A stretch of DNA of 64,000 bases, from NCBI RefSeq assembly GCF_009914755.1, contig NC_060941.1, one strand, 5' to 3'. Below are positions 31,871 to 49,794 of the stretch, piece after piece. The position numbers were made by a program, and so were the translations under genes. This DNA is from the human T2T-CHM13v2.0 reference genome, Homo sapiens. Each line of letters begins with the position of its first letter. The stretch's first letter is position 1. Under the pieces are notes generated by a model. That model was given only the letters and a program-made list of their open reading frames with translations. It made no database searches and had not been told where the DNA came from.

Positions 31871-31877
31871 GTATTAA

Positions 31878-32370
<493 letters not shown>

Positions 32371-32374
32371 TTCA

Positions 32375-33073
<699 letters not shown>

Positions 33074-33799
33074 CTACGTCCCTCACCAACAGGCCGCTGT
33101 GCAGGCGTGAAACCCAGTGGCGGTTCAGAAGACGTGGCAGCGCGGGAGGGGTTTATGGCAGGGCATGAATTGAGAATGGCAAGACAGACCATGTAATCTC
33201 AGGGACTCTCAGCTGGCCCCACCCCAGGAAATGCAGTCGGTGTGTCTTAGGAGGTTGAGTGCACATTGCAGGGCCCAGGGGCCCCTCGGAGGGGCTCCTG
33301 TCCCTCTGCACCAAAGGTGTGCACAGAAGCTGTCAAGGTGACATCATTCACAGAGAAAAACCCAAACTAAACCACATGGTCATCAACAGGAGTGTGGACA
33401 ACCTGGGGAACAGCCATGGAGACAGTGTCCCCCTATTGGAGTGAGCACCCGCAGCACCTCAGGCACGGGGAGCTGAGCCACCGACGGCTACAAAGACGGG
33501 GACGCTTTCCTAGGGCTCAAAGCAAGGCAGAATGTTGAGAAGTGCACATGTGTGCAAAGCCTGCTTTAGGAGAGCAAGGAAGTGCCGCCCACGGCATTCC
33601 GGAAGGTGGTTCCTTCTGGAGACCGGGGCACGGAACGACCAGACTGGGGAGGAAGGAGTGGAGCACTGGCCTCCTAGGAAGCTCTAGTTCAGACACAGGG
33701 GGCGCTGGGTCACGGGGTTCATTTATGATTGTGTTTCATGGTTTACATGCTACAAATATTCTTTGGCATGTATCAAATATGACAAAATTTAAAAAAAAT

Positions 33800-34233
33800 T
33801 TAAATTTATTTAGAGACAGGGTCATGCTCTGTCACCCATGCTGGAGTGCAGGGGTATGATCTCGGCTTACTGCAGCCTTGATCTCCCAGGCTTAAGGGAT
33901 CCTCCCTCCTCAGCCTCCCTGAGTAGCTGGGACTACAGGCAGGCACCACAGCACCTGACTATTTATTTTGTATTTTTTACAGAGATGGCGGGGTGGGGGG
34001 GCGGGGGTCTCATTTGTTGCCCAGGCTGACCTTGAACTCCCAGACTCAAGCCCATCCTCTTGCCTCAGCCTCCCAAGTAGCTGGGACCACAGGCATCTGC
34101 CAGCACGCCCAGCCAATTTTTCAATACTTTTTTGTAAAGATGGGATCTCACAATGTTGCCCAGGCCTGAAGTGATGCTCCCACCTCAGTCTCCCAAAGCA
34201 CTGGGATTACAGGTGTGAACCACTGTGCCTGGC
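33800..34233 (-). mobile_element. Three-monomer AluJ-like composite
   Basis: Three consecutive antisense Alu monomers separated by T-rich linkers. Confidence 0.8.
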
Positions 34234-34476
34234 CTAAAATCAAAAAAAATTTTAAACCAAGAAAGTGAATTTTATATACAGCCTGCCTGTCTACAACTCT
34301 GTAAAATAACTTAGGCATCGGAAGCAAAAATAAAAAATAAAAGTAAACACAAGGCTGAAGGAAATACACCAAAAAGTTAACGGTGGTGAGCTGGGTATGG
34401 TGGGGCTTCACACCCTTCTTTTGTCTTTTCCCTATCTCCCAGAATTTCCTTAGGAGCAGGTGCTACTTTTATAATT

Positions 34477-34478
34477 AA

Positions 34479-34509
<31 letters not shown>

Positions 34510-34600
34510 AAGAAAGAAAAAGAAAGAAAGAGAAAGAAAAGAGGGAGGGAGGGAGGGAAGGAAGGAAGGAAGGAAGGAAGGAAGGAAGGAAGGAAGGAAA
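34477..34600. repeat. Polypurine compound microsatellite (GAAA/GA/GGGA) ending in (GGAA)11
   Basis: Pure purine tract; GGAA x11 at 34556-34599. Confidence 0.95.
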
Positions 34601-34914
34601 GGAGACAAACAAAAGCCCTCCAAAACATGGAAAACAGTAAAGGCAAAAAAAAAAAAACAGTTAAAAAGAGCAAAAACCACCCTCCCCAAAACAAAAATAG
34701 CCCCAAGCAATCCCTCCATAGGATCAACAGGGAACTAAGACAAGCAGGTGAAAAGACCACACTGAAGTCAGACCTCAGATCATAACAGAAACAAAAAGCA
34801 GGTCCTAAGGCCTCCCTCTGGCTCCCCCCCACCCACCCCACCATCCTCCAGCTTCGGACACAGCCCTGCGATGGAGCTGGGGCTATGTTTTGGGGGCTGC
34901 GTTTTGGTGGTGAC

Positions 34915-35345
34915 ACAGCATTTCCCAGGGCTGCTGTAATGAAGGACCACAGACCAGAAGCTTGAAAACAACAGAAATGTATTGTCTGGCAGTTCTGGAG
35001 GTCAAAGTCAAGGTGCTAGTCGGGCCGCGCCCCCTCTGAAGGCTCCAGGCAAGAGTCTTTCCTGCCTCTTCCAGCTGGAGGTGCTCGTCCTGGATCCTGG
35101 AAGCCCCCAAGCCTGCAGCAGCATCACTCCCATCTCTGCCTCCATCTCCCTGCCCCTCCTGTGTCTGTGTGTCCGTCCGTGTCTTTTAAAGACATCTGTT
35201 GGATTTAGGGCCACCCTAATCCAGGAAGACCTCAACTGGATCCTTCCCTTGATCCCATCAGCAAAGACCCTATTTCCAAATAAAGTCACATTCTGAGGTT
35301 CTGAGTGGCCATGAATTTGCGGGGAAGGGAGTCACTATCCAGGCC
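34915..35345 (-). mobile_element. MaLR LTR (MLT1B/C-like)
   Basis: 'tttcccagggctgctgtaa...acaacagaaatgtattgtc...gaccctatttccaaataaagtcacattctgaggtt'. Confidence 0.82.
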
Positions 35346-36955
35346 ACGGCAGACACAGTTCCCCGAAACTGAAGACGTGTTTACTCACTTTTTTTGGACA
35401 GGGAAGCTCGGCTGTGGGTGCGAAGCAGGACTGCCCCCCAAGGCCAGGCAGGTCCTCGAGGAGCATCTCCCAGTCCAGTCTCAGCGGGCACTGGCCTGGC
35501 ACTCACGCTCGGGGTGGGGGGCATCCCAGGCCCTGAGACTGGTGCTGGGTCCAAGGGTCCCCATCCGGTGGCAGCCATTCCGCATTGATCTCCATTTGCT
35601 TTTCAAACATGCAATTCTCATAAACTGTGCTAAATGCCATTTAGTAGCTAATTAACTTTCTGTGTGAAGACCTCTCTAATTGCGCACACTCCCCCCTCGG
35701 CTGGGTCCTCGGGGATGCCCAGCTGTCCTAGAGTATTTGTTCTGCTGGCTCCCACCTCGCAGCCACAACTTCAATGCCCACAACAAACTGCCAATCAAGG
35801 CTGTGGAGGTCAAAGGGGACCAAATCAGGGGCCCTCTGCTACTACCAAACTCTCCCGGCAAAGCTTAATTTAAATAAGAAAGCAGAAAGGTTATGAAAAA
35901 CCATTTTTCCCAACGAAACTCTTCTGCCAGGCGGCATAAGGGGCGCGGCCCTCCGCTCTTCAGAACGGCTGGTGTCTGCTTTGAAAGGTCCTGACTAGAA
36001 TCTGTTTATATTTTGACTGCACTGGCATCTGCCATCCCTCAAACGGAGAGATAATCAGGAAATAAAAGCTTTTGATTAGCAGCTGCATGAATCACTGCAG
36101 TGCCAATTTCCTCGTGGTCCCAAAGTGCGGGAGGGAGGGCAGGAGGCGGCAAGCATGGGTGCTGGGTCCACCTCACCCACTTGGGGCAAAGCCATCTCTC
36201 ACTTTATTCACTGGTCTTGGACTTGGGGCCCCAGGTCTATATCCCAAGGCCACGTTCGCTTCATAAACGCAAGGTGATCTCTGAGCACCTCTTAGACAGA
36301 AGTCTGGGCAGACGCAAATGTGCAGCGTTTCAAAGCAAAGCTCAAGAGTGGATTCCTCAGTGCAGTATCGTCAGCGTTGCAGTGGTGGGTAAGAGGCCCC
36401 GGGATTATTTTTGGAGGGCCCCTCCCTGCAGAGCAACCACGTGAGGACTCCCTACCCCAGGACCTTCCACCAGAAAAGGCCAAAGAGAGACCACACGTGC
36501 CGCCCCCTGCCGAAGCCTGGCCTTTGAAGGATGAACGGCAAGGGGTATGTCTGCCCTGACAGAGTGACCAGTACCCGCAGCACCCGAGTTCTTTGCCTCT
36601 TATTAAAGGGCAGAGCCACCATGGTGGGTGAACGGGCTTCCTCTTGGAAACCAACATCCTGGTTGGGTTTTCCCTTCCAAGGAAGGCTCTACACACCCGG
36701 CCCTCCTCAGAGCCTCAGCCCGCAGCGGGAGATGACACCTCCGATCAGGTCCACGGGAAGATGGGGGTGAACGAGAAGCCTGAGGCCGGGCCGGTGGGAG
36801 GGCGTGATGCATGGGAGGAGCTGGACTGCGGTCAGCCGTCCCCTCGCGCCCTCCGGTCTCTGCTGCTGTGTTTACTTGGCTCCCTTCCCGGGATGGCCTT
36901 GTAGCAAATCCATCTGGGATATGTTTTGTTTCCACAGAGGGACCCTGAATTTTGA

Positions 36956-37484
<529 letters not shown>

Positions 37485-40400
37485 CTATTTTTAAACCAGA
37501 ATAAGCAGGTACAGAAGTTTGCCTGGTGACCAGGAGTCATGACTCTTTCCGAATGAAGGTGGGGATGGGGGTAGGGAATGTCCCCATGAAGGTAGCCCCT
37601 GGCTGGGCATTTTCCACTCCCAGCCACAGCCTCCCTCTGCGGGCAGAACCCTGGGTGCTGCAGGGAGCTGGTTCTCAGGGAAAAGGGAATTAAGTCAGTA
37701 CTGGGAGATTTGGGTTCCACAGAGTTTAGGGGCTCCTACAAACAGCGGCTTACGGGCTGGTGAGGAATTTCCCATCCTGAAGCTTTTAAAGCAGACAAAC
37801 ACATGAGTGCTGGGTGGGGGCGGGGTGCTGGGAGATGCAGAGGCTCAGAAAAACCCTCCGAGGCTCTCGGATTTTACGCCTGCATGAGATTTCGAGGGAA
37901 GAATCCTAAATGTGGGGAAATGAGGTTGCCCAGCAATTCTGAATGTGGTTTAAAAAAAAAATTAGGTGGGGGAGAATGAGACGATATTCAATATTTCCTT
38001 CTGATTCAAACGAAATACTTCTAAGTTCTTCTCTGTGAAAGCGTGTGTGTGTTTAGAAGGGAGAGGGGGATGATAGCACGTCCTGCCAGAAGCCGTTTTA
38101 TTTACTAGTTTGGATGCTTCCCCTGACGCCTACCTGGGAGGTGCTTGCCTGGCCACCAGCCAGGGCCGTGGCTCCTCGGCAAGTGGGCGTCCGCCGAGCC
38201 TTTGATGCACTCTCCAAAGTCACAGAGCAAAACAACACGCTGAACAAACACCACCACCCTGAAAAGTCACCAGCCCATGGGCCTCTCCCTGGCTCCAGCT
38301 GTGGCTGATTTACCCAAACTGAAACATTTTCCTTTTGTCGACTGTAGAGAGCTATGAGTCAGGTCCAAGCTCCACTGGGCGTATGCCCAAGGGGCAGAGG
38401 GGGCAGCAACCGGACGGAAGCTGCCCAATCATAAGACCATGGCTGAAAGTCAAACGCGCCCAGAGTCCACAGTCGACCACCTCCCGCTCGGCAAGCCAGG
38501 GTCCTGGTGAACGCACGTGCCTGCGTTCTGTACCAAACAGTTGTCAACACACACCAGCAACTTAACAAATCAACTCCAACAAAGGGGAAAAAATTAACAT
38601 TAAGGGCAAAAAGACTTTTTCTGGAGGGTCCTATGCACCAGATGTTGGCTCTTTAATTGGCAGTCAACCTCAAAGCAAAACTTAGAAGGCCCCTGCTTGT
38701 TTTATCAGTTAGAGCCACAGAAAATCAAAGTCCAATCCCGCTAAGCATGGTGCTGTGTAGCCCGGCCAGCCCCGTGGAAGTCCTCAGCCTGGTCCCGTCT
38801 TCTGGGCTCTGCTGGGCTGGACGGTGCCTCCCTCCCCAACCCACACCTGCCCGCCGGCCCCAGGCCCTCCCTCAGGACCCAGCACCTTCAGTCCTCCTGC
38901 CAAGAAGAAGCCTTTCATCAGTAAAAGAGAAAACGGCTTCTCCAAAGGAAGTTTCTTAACTTGAAAAAACACCATGATTAGGGAAACTCCTCCATCGTCC
39001 AAGATACAAACACAAACTCCCAAACACCTGTCAATCCTTCTCAGGGCTCCACATGGCCCAAAGGACACCCCAAATGTGGAGGACCACTCAAGACCCTCAA
39101 ATGCAGCACCGTGTGCCCCCTGAACAGGGATCCCCACATTCGATGAAAACAAAATTGGCCAGCGCAGGAACTTTTGCCCATGACTTAAGCACAGCAAAGT
39201 CCCCAAAGCCAGAATCCCTCCCAGGACCTGCCCGACGGGTTTTATCACTGGACGCATCAAAGCCCCTCTCACTGGTGGTTGGTTCAGCAGAGCCCTGGGC
39301 CTCGGGCCTGCCCTGCTCTGACAGCTCCCACACTGTGGCCTTGATCGGGCCCTTTTCCACTCTGTGCCTGCTTTGAGTAACAGGCTCCCACAAAAACACT
39401 GTGCTGGGGTATTTCCAGGATGAAAAGCCACGGTTCGCTTTGCCTGCCATGGACAGAGTCATAAATACGAGTTGTCGTTGCCTCTTCCCAACAGTCTGGC
39501 ATGGCAAACCGGCCTTGTGGAGTTCGGAATTGTTCTAGATACTGCTCATGTATTCTCCAGCAGCTCTAGCTGGTTCTGCCCAGATACCTGGCAATGCCAA
39601 AGGCCGAGAGGCCAAGACACTACAACCTTTGTTCAAATACACGAACATCCTCAAATACACGAATGTCCTCTCTGCACAAGCAGAGCAGCCTCAGCATCGG
39701 CCCTCGCAAGTCCCACCAGAGAACGGTATTGAAAAGATGACTGGGGTCAAGGGGTGCGGAGAGGGACCCACTGTACCCTCATGGCCACTCTAGCGCCAGC
39801 CCTTCTGTAATGACCCCCTCTGGATTCCCAAAAGTCAGCCGAGGGGTCCCCACCCTCCTGGGGTGGCTGGGGTGTTGCTGCCCACCCCCAGGGGCAGGCC
39901 TGTGTGCAGCATCCATGCCCAGAAACCTGCGCTCAGATTTCCCAGTTCCCAGAAGACAACAGGGAGAGTCTATTTTTCTAAGCTCACTAGGTAAAGTGTT
40001 ACTTCCTGATCTAATCTTGCCAGGCTCTGGAAGCTTCCGTCAAGGTTTTCCCACACTCCATGTCAGGTCTCTGACATGAACCAGCTTTCAGAGTCTAACG
40101 ACTAGATTTGACTTTCAGCTGCTCGGACGGAGGCTTCAACTCAGCCTGAACTAGCCGCGTGGACAGCAGCCGTAGCCCTCACAAGGCATGTGCGGTGACG
40201 GGTCTCGGGCGCCCAGCCAGCGAGGGGCCGGCTCCAGGTGGTGGGAGCCCACGCCCCCGGCCAGCACTCTGGCCACAGCGCAGCACCTGCCCCATGAGAG
40301 CCTCCTGTTGCAGCCCGGGCAGAGGTGAGCCTGGGCAGCCACCTCCCACGTGATTTCCCAATGCTTGAAGTTCACGACCAATTGCTGGGGTGGGGACAAC

Positions 40401-40509
40401 CTACACAGGCTTACAGACCTAATCCAAGAAGGCAGTTCTCAAAAGGATGGGAAAACGTGCACCAGTCTCACAGTCCCAGTCACCTTAAAAGGTCTTAACT
40501 GATTTTTCC

Positions 40510-41010
40510 TTCTCTCTGTTTATTGTGGTAAAATGTCCATAACATAAAATTCACCACCTTAACCGTTTTCAACGTCGAGCCCAGTGGCATTATACCATTC
40601 CTATTTTTGTGCAACCATGACACCACCCATCTCCAGAACTCTCCTTCTTCCCAAACTGAAGCTTTGTCTCCATGAAACACCAGCTCCCCAACGTCCCCTC
40701 CCTCAGCCCCTGGCACCCCAATCTTTCCCTCTCTGAGCCTGACAACTCCAGGGGTCGCACACAAGTGGAATCACACAGATTTGGCCCCTTATGTCTGGCT
40801 CATTTCACTCGGCGTAACGTCCTCAACTCATCCGTGTTGCGGCGCGTGTCAGAATTGCCTTCCCAAGGCTGAACGTTCCGCTGGGTGTGTGTGGAACATG
40901 TGTGTGAACACACCGCGTTTCTCTAGTCACCCGTCGGGGGAACTTGGACGCTTTCACCATGGGCTACTGTGGACGGTGCTGCTATGGGCAGGGGTGGTCA
41001 TGTATCTGAG
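40510..41010 (-). mobile_element. L1 (L1MB-like) 3' end
   Basis: 'ttattgtggtaaaatgtccataacataaaattcaccacctt...ccatctccagaactc'. Confidence 0.78.
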
Positions 41011-41579
41011 CTCCTTCTCTTTATTTCTGACACTTCTATATAACCATGAATCATCTATGAAATAATTTTGACAAGCAAGAGGTTCACAAAGTAAATTCCA
41101 GACAAAGCCACCCTGGAGACCCAGCTGGGCTGTCCCGGGGGCGGTCCCTGCGTCCACGCCGGGAGAGCAGGAATGACACAAAGCAGGCTGCATCTGGCTG
41201 TGTCAGGCCTCCCACCCATCCCATCAGCCAGGCATCTCTGCTTTGGGGCCAGAGGTCAAACGTGTCTGGGTTCCGTGTAGTCTCAGGGGAGGCTGAGGCT
41301 GACGCGAGGTGGGGTGGGGTGAGGTTGTGCTGGAGGCTCTCCACCTCTCCACCCACCAGACACCCAGAGAAGAGGCGGAAAGTCAGCAGGGAAGGCAGAA
41401 GGCTGCTAAGAGTGGACAGGATGCAGGAGTGGCGTCTGGCTGACCCTGACCAGGGGGACCTGGCCCAAGTGAGTGTGCACCCCAGCCCGGCCCTCAGAAC
41501 TGCTTGCAGGCACTTGCGAGTTAATATCCACGTGATTTAGGATTCACCAAAATCTGCTTGGAAGGAGGCAGGGAGGCAA

Positions 41580-42430
41580 GAGGGAGGTCAGGTGGGGAGG
41601 CGCGCAGGCAGTGCTGCCCTCCAGCCACAGGCAGGTGGGGGCGGGGCGGGGCGGGGCGGGGAGGGGGAGGGCGGGGGCGTGCACCGCAGGCAGCGGCCAG
41701 CCCTGGGCTGATCTAGGGGAAGCCTGCCATCTGCTGGGCACCGGGATCCCTCCCGGAGCAGGAGTGCCACCTCCACGCAGATGGAGTTTGCAAGGGGCGG
41801 TGCCGCCATCTTCACAGAGGCTCCGGGCAGCTGGCGGGGGTGGGGGGATGGTTGGGGGGGCCGTGTTGGCCAAGCCCAATTCTGGGGTGGGAGAAAACGA
41901 GCAACACTCTGCAAAGGGCCGGGGGCCTGGTGGCCCCCCCATCCTCGCCGGACCTCAATGTCCTGCGTACAAGCCTGTCCCGGCCGTGGCCACCGGCTGG
42001 CTTGTGTGCTCCGCCTGCCGGGAAGCGCTTTCCCCCTCGTGGACCCTACAAAGACGCCTCTCTGCAGGCTCCCCTCATGCTGCGGGCACACAATGCGTCC
42101 TTTCACCCGGGGTGGGTCTGGCGGAGGCGGCCCCTCCCCGGGGTGCCCCCCGCTGGGCCCCTGACCCCACACTCCGCTGCTGTTCTTGGCCTGCGTAGAC
42201 CCGTCCCTTTCAACCGCTGTCAGGAAACTGTGTGGACGAGGAATCCCTGCTGGTCGCGCCCGAGACCATCTCTCTGCGTCTCCTAGAAGGGGAAACCGTG
42301 ACCCACATCAAACTGTGGCCGTTGGAAAGGTGAACACACGGAGCCTGGGGCCGGTGGGGCCAGGGGGTGGGGTATCCTTGCACCCGATGTCACTTGACAC
42401 CCGTCCCGGCAGCCCGCCAGGCTCGGAGAG
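41580..42430. promoter_or_regulatory. GC/CpG-rich intronic element with a GC-box array, G-quadruplex motif and YY1 site
   Basis: (GGGGC)n run at 41637-41677; GCCGCCATCTT at 41802-41812. Confidence 0.5.
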
Positions 42431-44281
42431 AGACCGTAGCTACCAAAAATAATCCTCCCAGTGTTTAAATATTTACAGAAGCAAGACAGATCCTGATGCC
42501 TTTACAATCTACTGGAGTCTGCCCTAACCGCCAGTCCGAGGCTCCCAGGAGAGGCCACAGCGACCACCCACCCGGTTTTCGGGGTCCCAGGTCGCCTCTC
42601 CTCTCCCTGTCCCTGCCTGATATATATCGCAGGGCTCCTCCTCCGGTGACCACATATCTGCCACTAGCCCTCTCCCTCCTTCCAGAACATTCCCACTTCC
42701 AACTCTGCTCTCACATCACCCCAGCCCCAGCACCTACCTTGAGACAGCTCTTTCTGCTCCAGAGCCCCTCGGGGAAAGCCTGCTTTCTCTGCAGAGCCTG
42801 CACCTCATTTTGGGAACCAGTGAACAAAATGTAACAAGAGGCATTTGTCCATGTAACCCCATTGTCCATGTAACCCCTGGGGCTGGTCTCGACCCCACTC
42901 CCCTCCTGGGGACACAAGGGTGAGACGGTACAGTACCAGGCCAACACCAGTCCCAGCGGATGGCACAGAGATGGGCACTGCTCTCAGGGCCTGTCCAGAT
43001 GCTACTTCTCATGACAGTCTATGGGGTGGGGAGCACTAGCGCCAGCCCCATTGTGCAGAGGGGAAACTGAGGCAATGAGGGTAATAACCCACCAGCACAC
43101 AGCCAGGCAGAGCTGGGATGTGGCCAAGGACTTGGCTCCAGGCTCCCACACTTAAAGATCATCTCTGTCACCACCTGGGGGTAATAAGGTCAGGGATATG
43201 CCCCAGGCCGCCTGCTTCCACCAGCCAGTCCCTTTCAAAGGGCGGAGGTTTCCAGAAGTGTGGCTGAGTGTCTGTCTGTTCTTGATGGTCAGGGAACCTT
43301 ACTTTCAGGTCCCCAAAGCAGATTCCCTGAGGCCAGGAGGCACTTAGGTGGACGGGCACCAGGAGCCCTGTGTCCTCTGCCTTGCAGGTGTTTAGGGAAC
43401 ATTGTTCAGACTGGAAGGAAGAGCCACGTGAAAATGCCCTTTCTGTTTACTCTGCTGGGAAGGATATGAAGCCAAACAGAACCAGCTACGGGAGTCTTTC
43501 GACCGCAAGACAAAAGGTCCTTTGCCCCCACTACCTGCAACTTTCAGGGAAGATTTCATCAGGTGCTGGGTTACATTGCAACAGCCAGGCGTGGTTCCCC
43601 AGAGGTACGGTGTGAGCTCCCCAACTCACCGGGAGACAGGCGCTGCCACATCACTGCCTCTGGGAGCCCGTGACCTCATGCTCAGAGCTCTCAGAAGCTC
43701 ACGTGGCCTGTGAGGCCCCTGCCAGGGCTGTTGATGCAAGAGCTGGGGCTCGGGAGCCTCCCAAGGGCAGCTCTGTGTATTCAGAGCAGCTCAGCCCCTC
43801 GAGAGCACCAGGAGCCCCCAGCCCCCATGCAACCACCGGCCGGGGTTGCGTCAAGGCCTCCCGGAGCAGCTGTCAATGGTTTCTGAGCTGCGGTGGAAAA
43901 GGCTGACAAGTTTCATTTCCCTGACCTTGGACAGCCCTCCTGATGCAGGGAGCGCCCATCCCTGGGGAGCACTGCCTCTCCAGGAGCCTGAACTTCCTTC
44001 TTTTTGGTTCAGGAGGTTTGAGGCACTTATTTCCTCCCTGTCCTGACAGTTTTACTAGAAAGGTCAGCTTTTTAAAGAGCTGTCAGTCCTTCGGAAGACA
44101 GTCAATAACAGCATGGTTTAAGACGGCCCACCAGATGCACTGGCTCCGCCCCCATCTCTTTAGAATCCAGCTCCCTTGGGGGACATACCTGGCTGGTGAC
44201 TTCTAGAATCCCAGCTCAGGGCCGGGGGGGTGCCAGGGCTGTGAACCCCCGACAAGAGGCAATGAAACCCCCTCCTCCTAG

Positions 44282-44723
<442 letters not shown>

Positions 44724-44955
44724 TGACCCCAAGCCACATGTGGCATCACACTTGAGACGTGGTCTAGGTGTAAAGTACACGCGAAATTCCCAGGACTTGG
44801 TAAACAGAGAGAATGTAAAACACTTCCCATCGGCGGCCGTGTATACTGATCCCACATTGGAATGATACTATTTTGAACAAGCTGGGTAATTTACAAAAAT
44901 TTTCACCTTTTTGTTTGTTTTCTTTTTGTTTTTTGACTTGTAAAAATGTAGCTAT

Positions 44956-45256
<301 letters not shown>

Positions 45257-45442
45257 CTATAAGACCCACACAAATATGCCCAACTGATATTGGACAAAAG
45301 AGCAAAGCGTCTCAATGAAGGAAGAGCAGCCTCTTCAACAAACGACGCGGGAGTCATTGCACATCCATAGGCAATAAATAAATAAATAAACCTCGACCCC
45401 GTAAAACTTTTAGGAAAATAACAGGAGAAAACCTTCAGGATC

Positions 45443-45749
<307 letters not shown>

Positions 45750-46537
45750 TCAGGATCTAGGACTAGGTCAGGAGTTCTTGAGCTTGACATGAAAAGTATG
45801 ATTCATAAAAGGCACAACTCATAACCTGGACTTCATCAACATTAAAGTCTTTTGCTTTGTGCAAGATCCTGTTAAGAGGATGAAAAAAAGAACTACAGAC
45901 TGGGAGAAATATTTGCAATCCTCATATCTAGCAAAGGACTAGTTTCTAGAGTGTATAATCAACTCTCAAAACTCAGTAGTCAACAAACAAAAAATGGATT
46001 AGACGATGTCTCTTTGTCTCTTTGGGTATCTGTCTTCATTGCAGTGAATCGTTTGTATACATTGTTTTATTACAGTCACAAAAGAAATCATGTATTAACA
46101 GGAATAAAAAAGCAGGTTGTTACCTGTCACTAGAACAATATTATCGCTTCTGGTTGCCACAATAAATCATATTATGACTTTTTCCAAAATCCTCCAACCA
46201 AAGGTTGTCCCCATAAGCCTTTCGATATATATTATTAAGATATAAGAAGATGCTTAAGAGACAAAGAGATCTTCCGCCAAAGAATCAGATACCTGGATGG
46301 CAAATAAACACACAAAACGATATTCGACATCACGAGCCATTAGGGAAATGCTGATTAAAACCACAATGAGATGTCACTACACACCCATCAGGATGCTTAA
46401 AAAAAATAATAGTGACAACCTCAAATACTGATGAGGATGTGGAGAAACAAGGCACTCGTAAATTTCTGGTGGGAGTGTAAAACGGCCCAGCCACTCTATG
46501 CAACAGTTTAGCAATTGCTTTAAAAACTAAGCACATA

Positions 46538-46660
46538 GGCCGGGAACGGTGGCTCACGCTTGCAATCCCAGCACTTTGGGAGGCCGAGGCGGGAGGATTG
46601 CTTGAGCCCAGGAGTTCGAGACCAGCCTGAGCAACATGGCAAAAACCCTGTCTCTATTTT
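46538..46660 (+). mobile_element. Alu monomer (FLAM-like)
   Basis: Left arm only. Confidence 0.82.
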
Positions 46661-47504
46661 TACTAGATAAAAAACGTATTTTAAAAAACTAATCACACAA
46701 TCAATCCACATATGACTCGGCAAGTGCATTTGTGGGAATTTATCCTAGAGAAACGAAAACTTAGGTTCCAACAAAACCCCACACATGAATGTTCCTAGTA
46801 GCTTTATTCACAGTCGCCCCTGAATGGGAAGCCATGGTTCATGTCCATCAGTCCGTGAGCGCGTGGACCGTGGGGTGCTGCTACTCAGCAGTAGAAAGGA
46901 ACAAGTTCTTGACACACAGGACAGCTTGGATAGAGCTTCACAGGATGATGCTGAACCAAAAAAAGTCCATCTCAAAGCTGACATCATGCAGGGTTCCAGT
47001 TACGTAAAATTCTTACAGAGGAGTGGTTGCCCTGTGCCAGGGCAGCGTGGAGGAACCCTGCGGTGGGGGAGTGGTTCTGCGTCTAGCTAGTGGTAGTAGT
47101 TGCCGGAAGCTACATGTATCCCAGTGGCACAGGATTCTAAACACACAAGCACAGATGGGTGCCTGTAATACCCGTGAGACCTGTGGACTGTACCAACCTC
47201 AATTTCCTGGTTTGGAGAGTGTACTATGCTTCTATGCAGGATGTCACCATGGGGGGAAGTGGGTGAAGGGTGTATAGGGCCTCCCGGTACTTTTTTTTTT
47301 TTTGCAACTTCCTGTAGTTACTTCGAAATAAAAACTTTTAAACGTGGCTAATGGAAAATTTTAAATCACAGAGGTGGCTCACGTTACATTTCTATTGGGC
47401 ACTGTTAGCCTAAACCGGGGGATCCACAAACCATGGCCCGAGGGCCAAATTGAGGCTGCCCTCTGCCTCTGTACAGCCCATGAACGAAGACTTTTTTAAA
47501 TGAA

Positions 47505-48800
<1,296 letters not shown>

Positions 48801-48912
48801 GGATGGTTTTGAACATTTTTAAATGTTGAAAAAAATCCAGAGGAGAATATTTCACAACACATGAAAATTATATGAAATTCCACTTTCAGTATCCTTAATA
48901 AAACGTGAATGG

Positions 48913-49260
<348 letters not shown>

Positions 49261-49469
49261 CTACAAGGGCAGAATTGAAAAGCTGCAGCCAAAACCATCT
49301 GGCCCCCAAAGCAGAAAATACTTGCTGTCTGGCCCACCTGCCAACCCCTGGAATAGACAATTACAATTCCCAACTTTGAAAGTCCAGGAAGAAAACCAAC
49401 CAAAATGATAACGGCAACACCAGAGGGATCAAAGATCACAAATATTTCCCTTCTGCCTTTCCCCCAAAT

Positions 49470-49794
<325 letters not shown>

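Noticed and set aside
43396-43409. GGAACA-T-TGTTCA resembling a steroid receptor element
   Set aside because: The spacer is 1 nt rather than the required 3.
46005-46271. Resemblance to a bacterial reverse-transcriptase-associated ncRNA (retron or DRT type) with a hidden concatemeric ORF
   Set aside because: No RT gene nearby other than dead L1 fragments, and all three minus-strand frames over 46059-46145 contain stops. Kept only as an unexplained insert.
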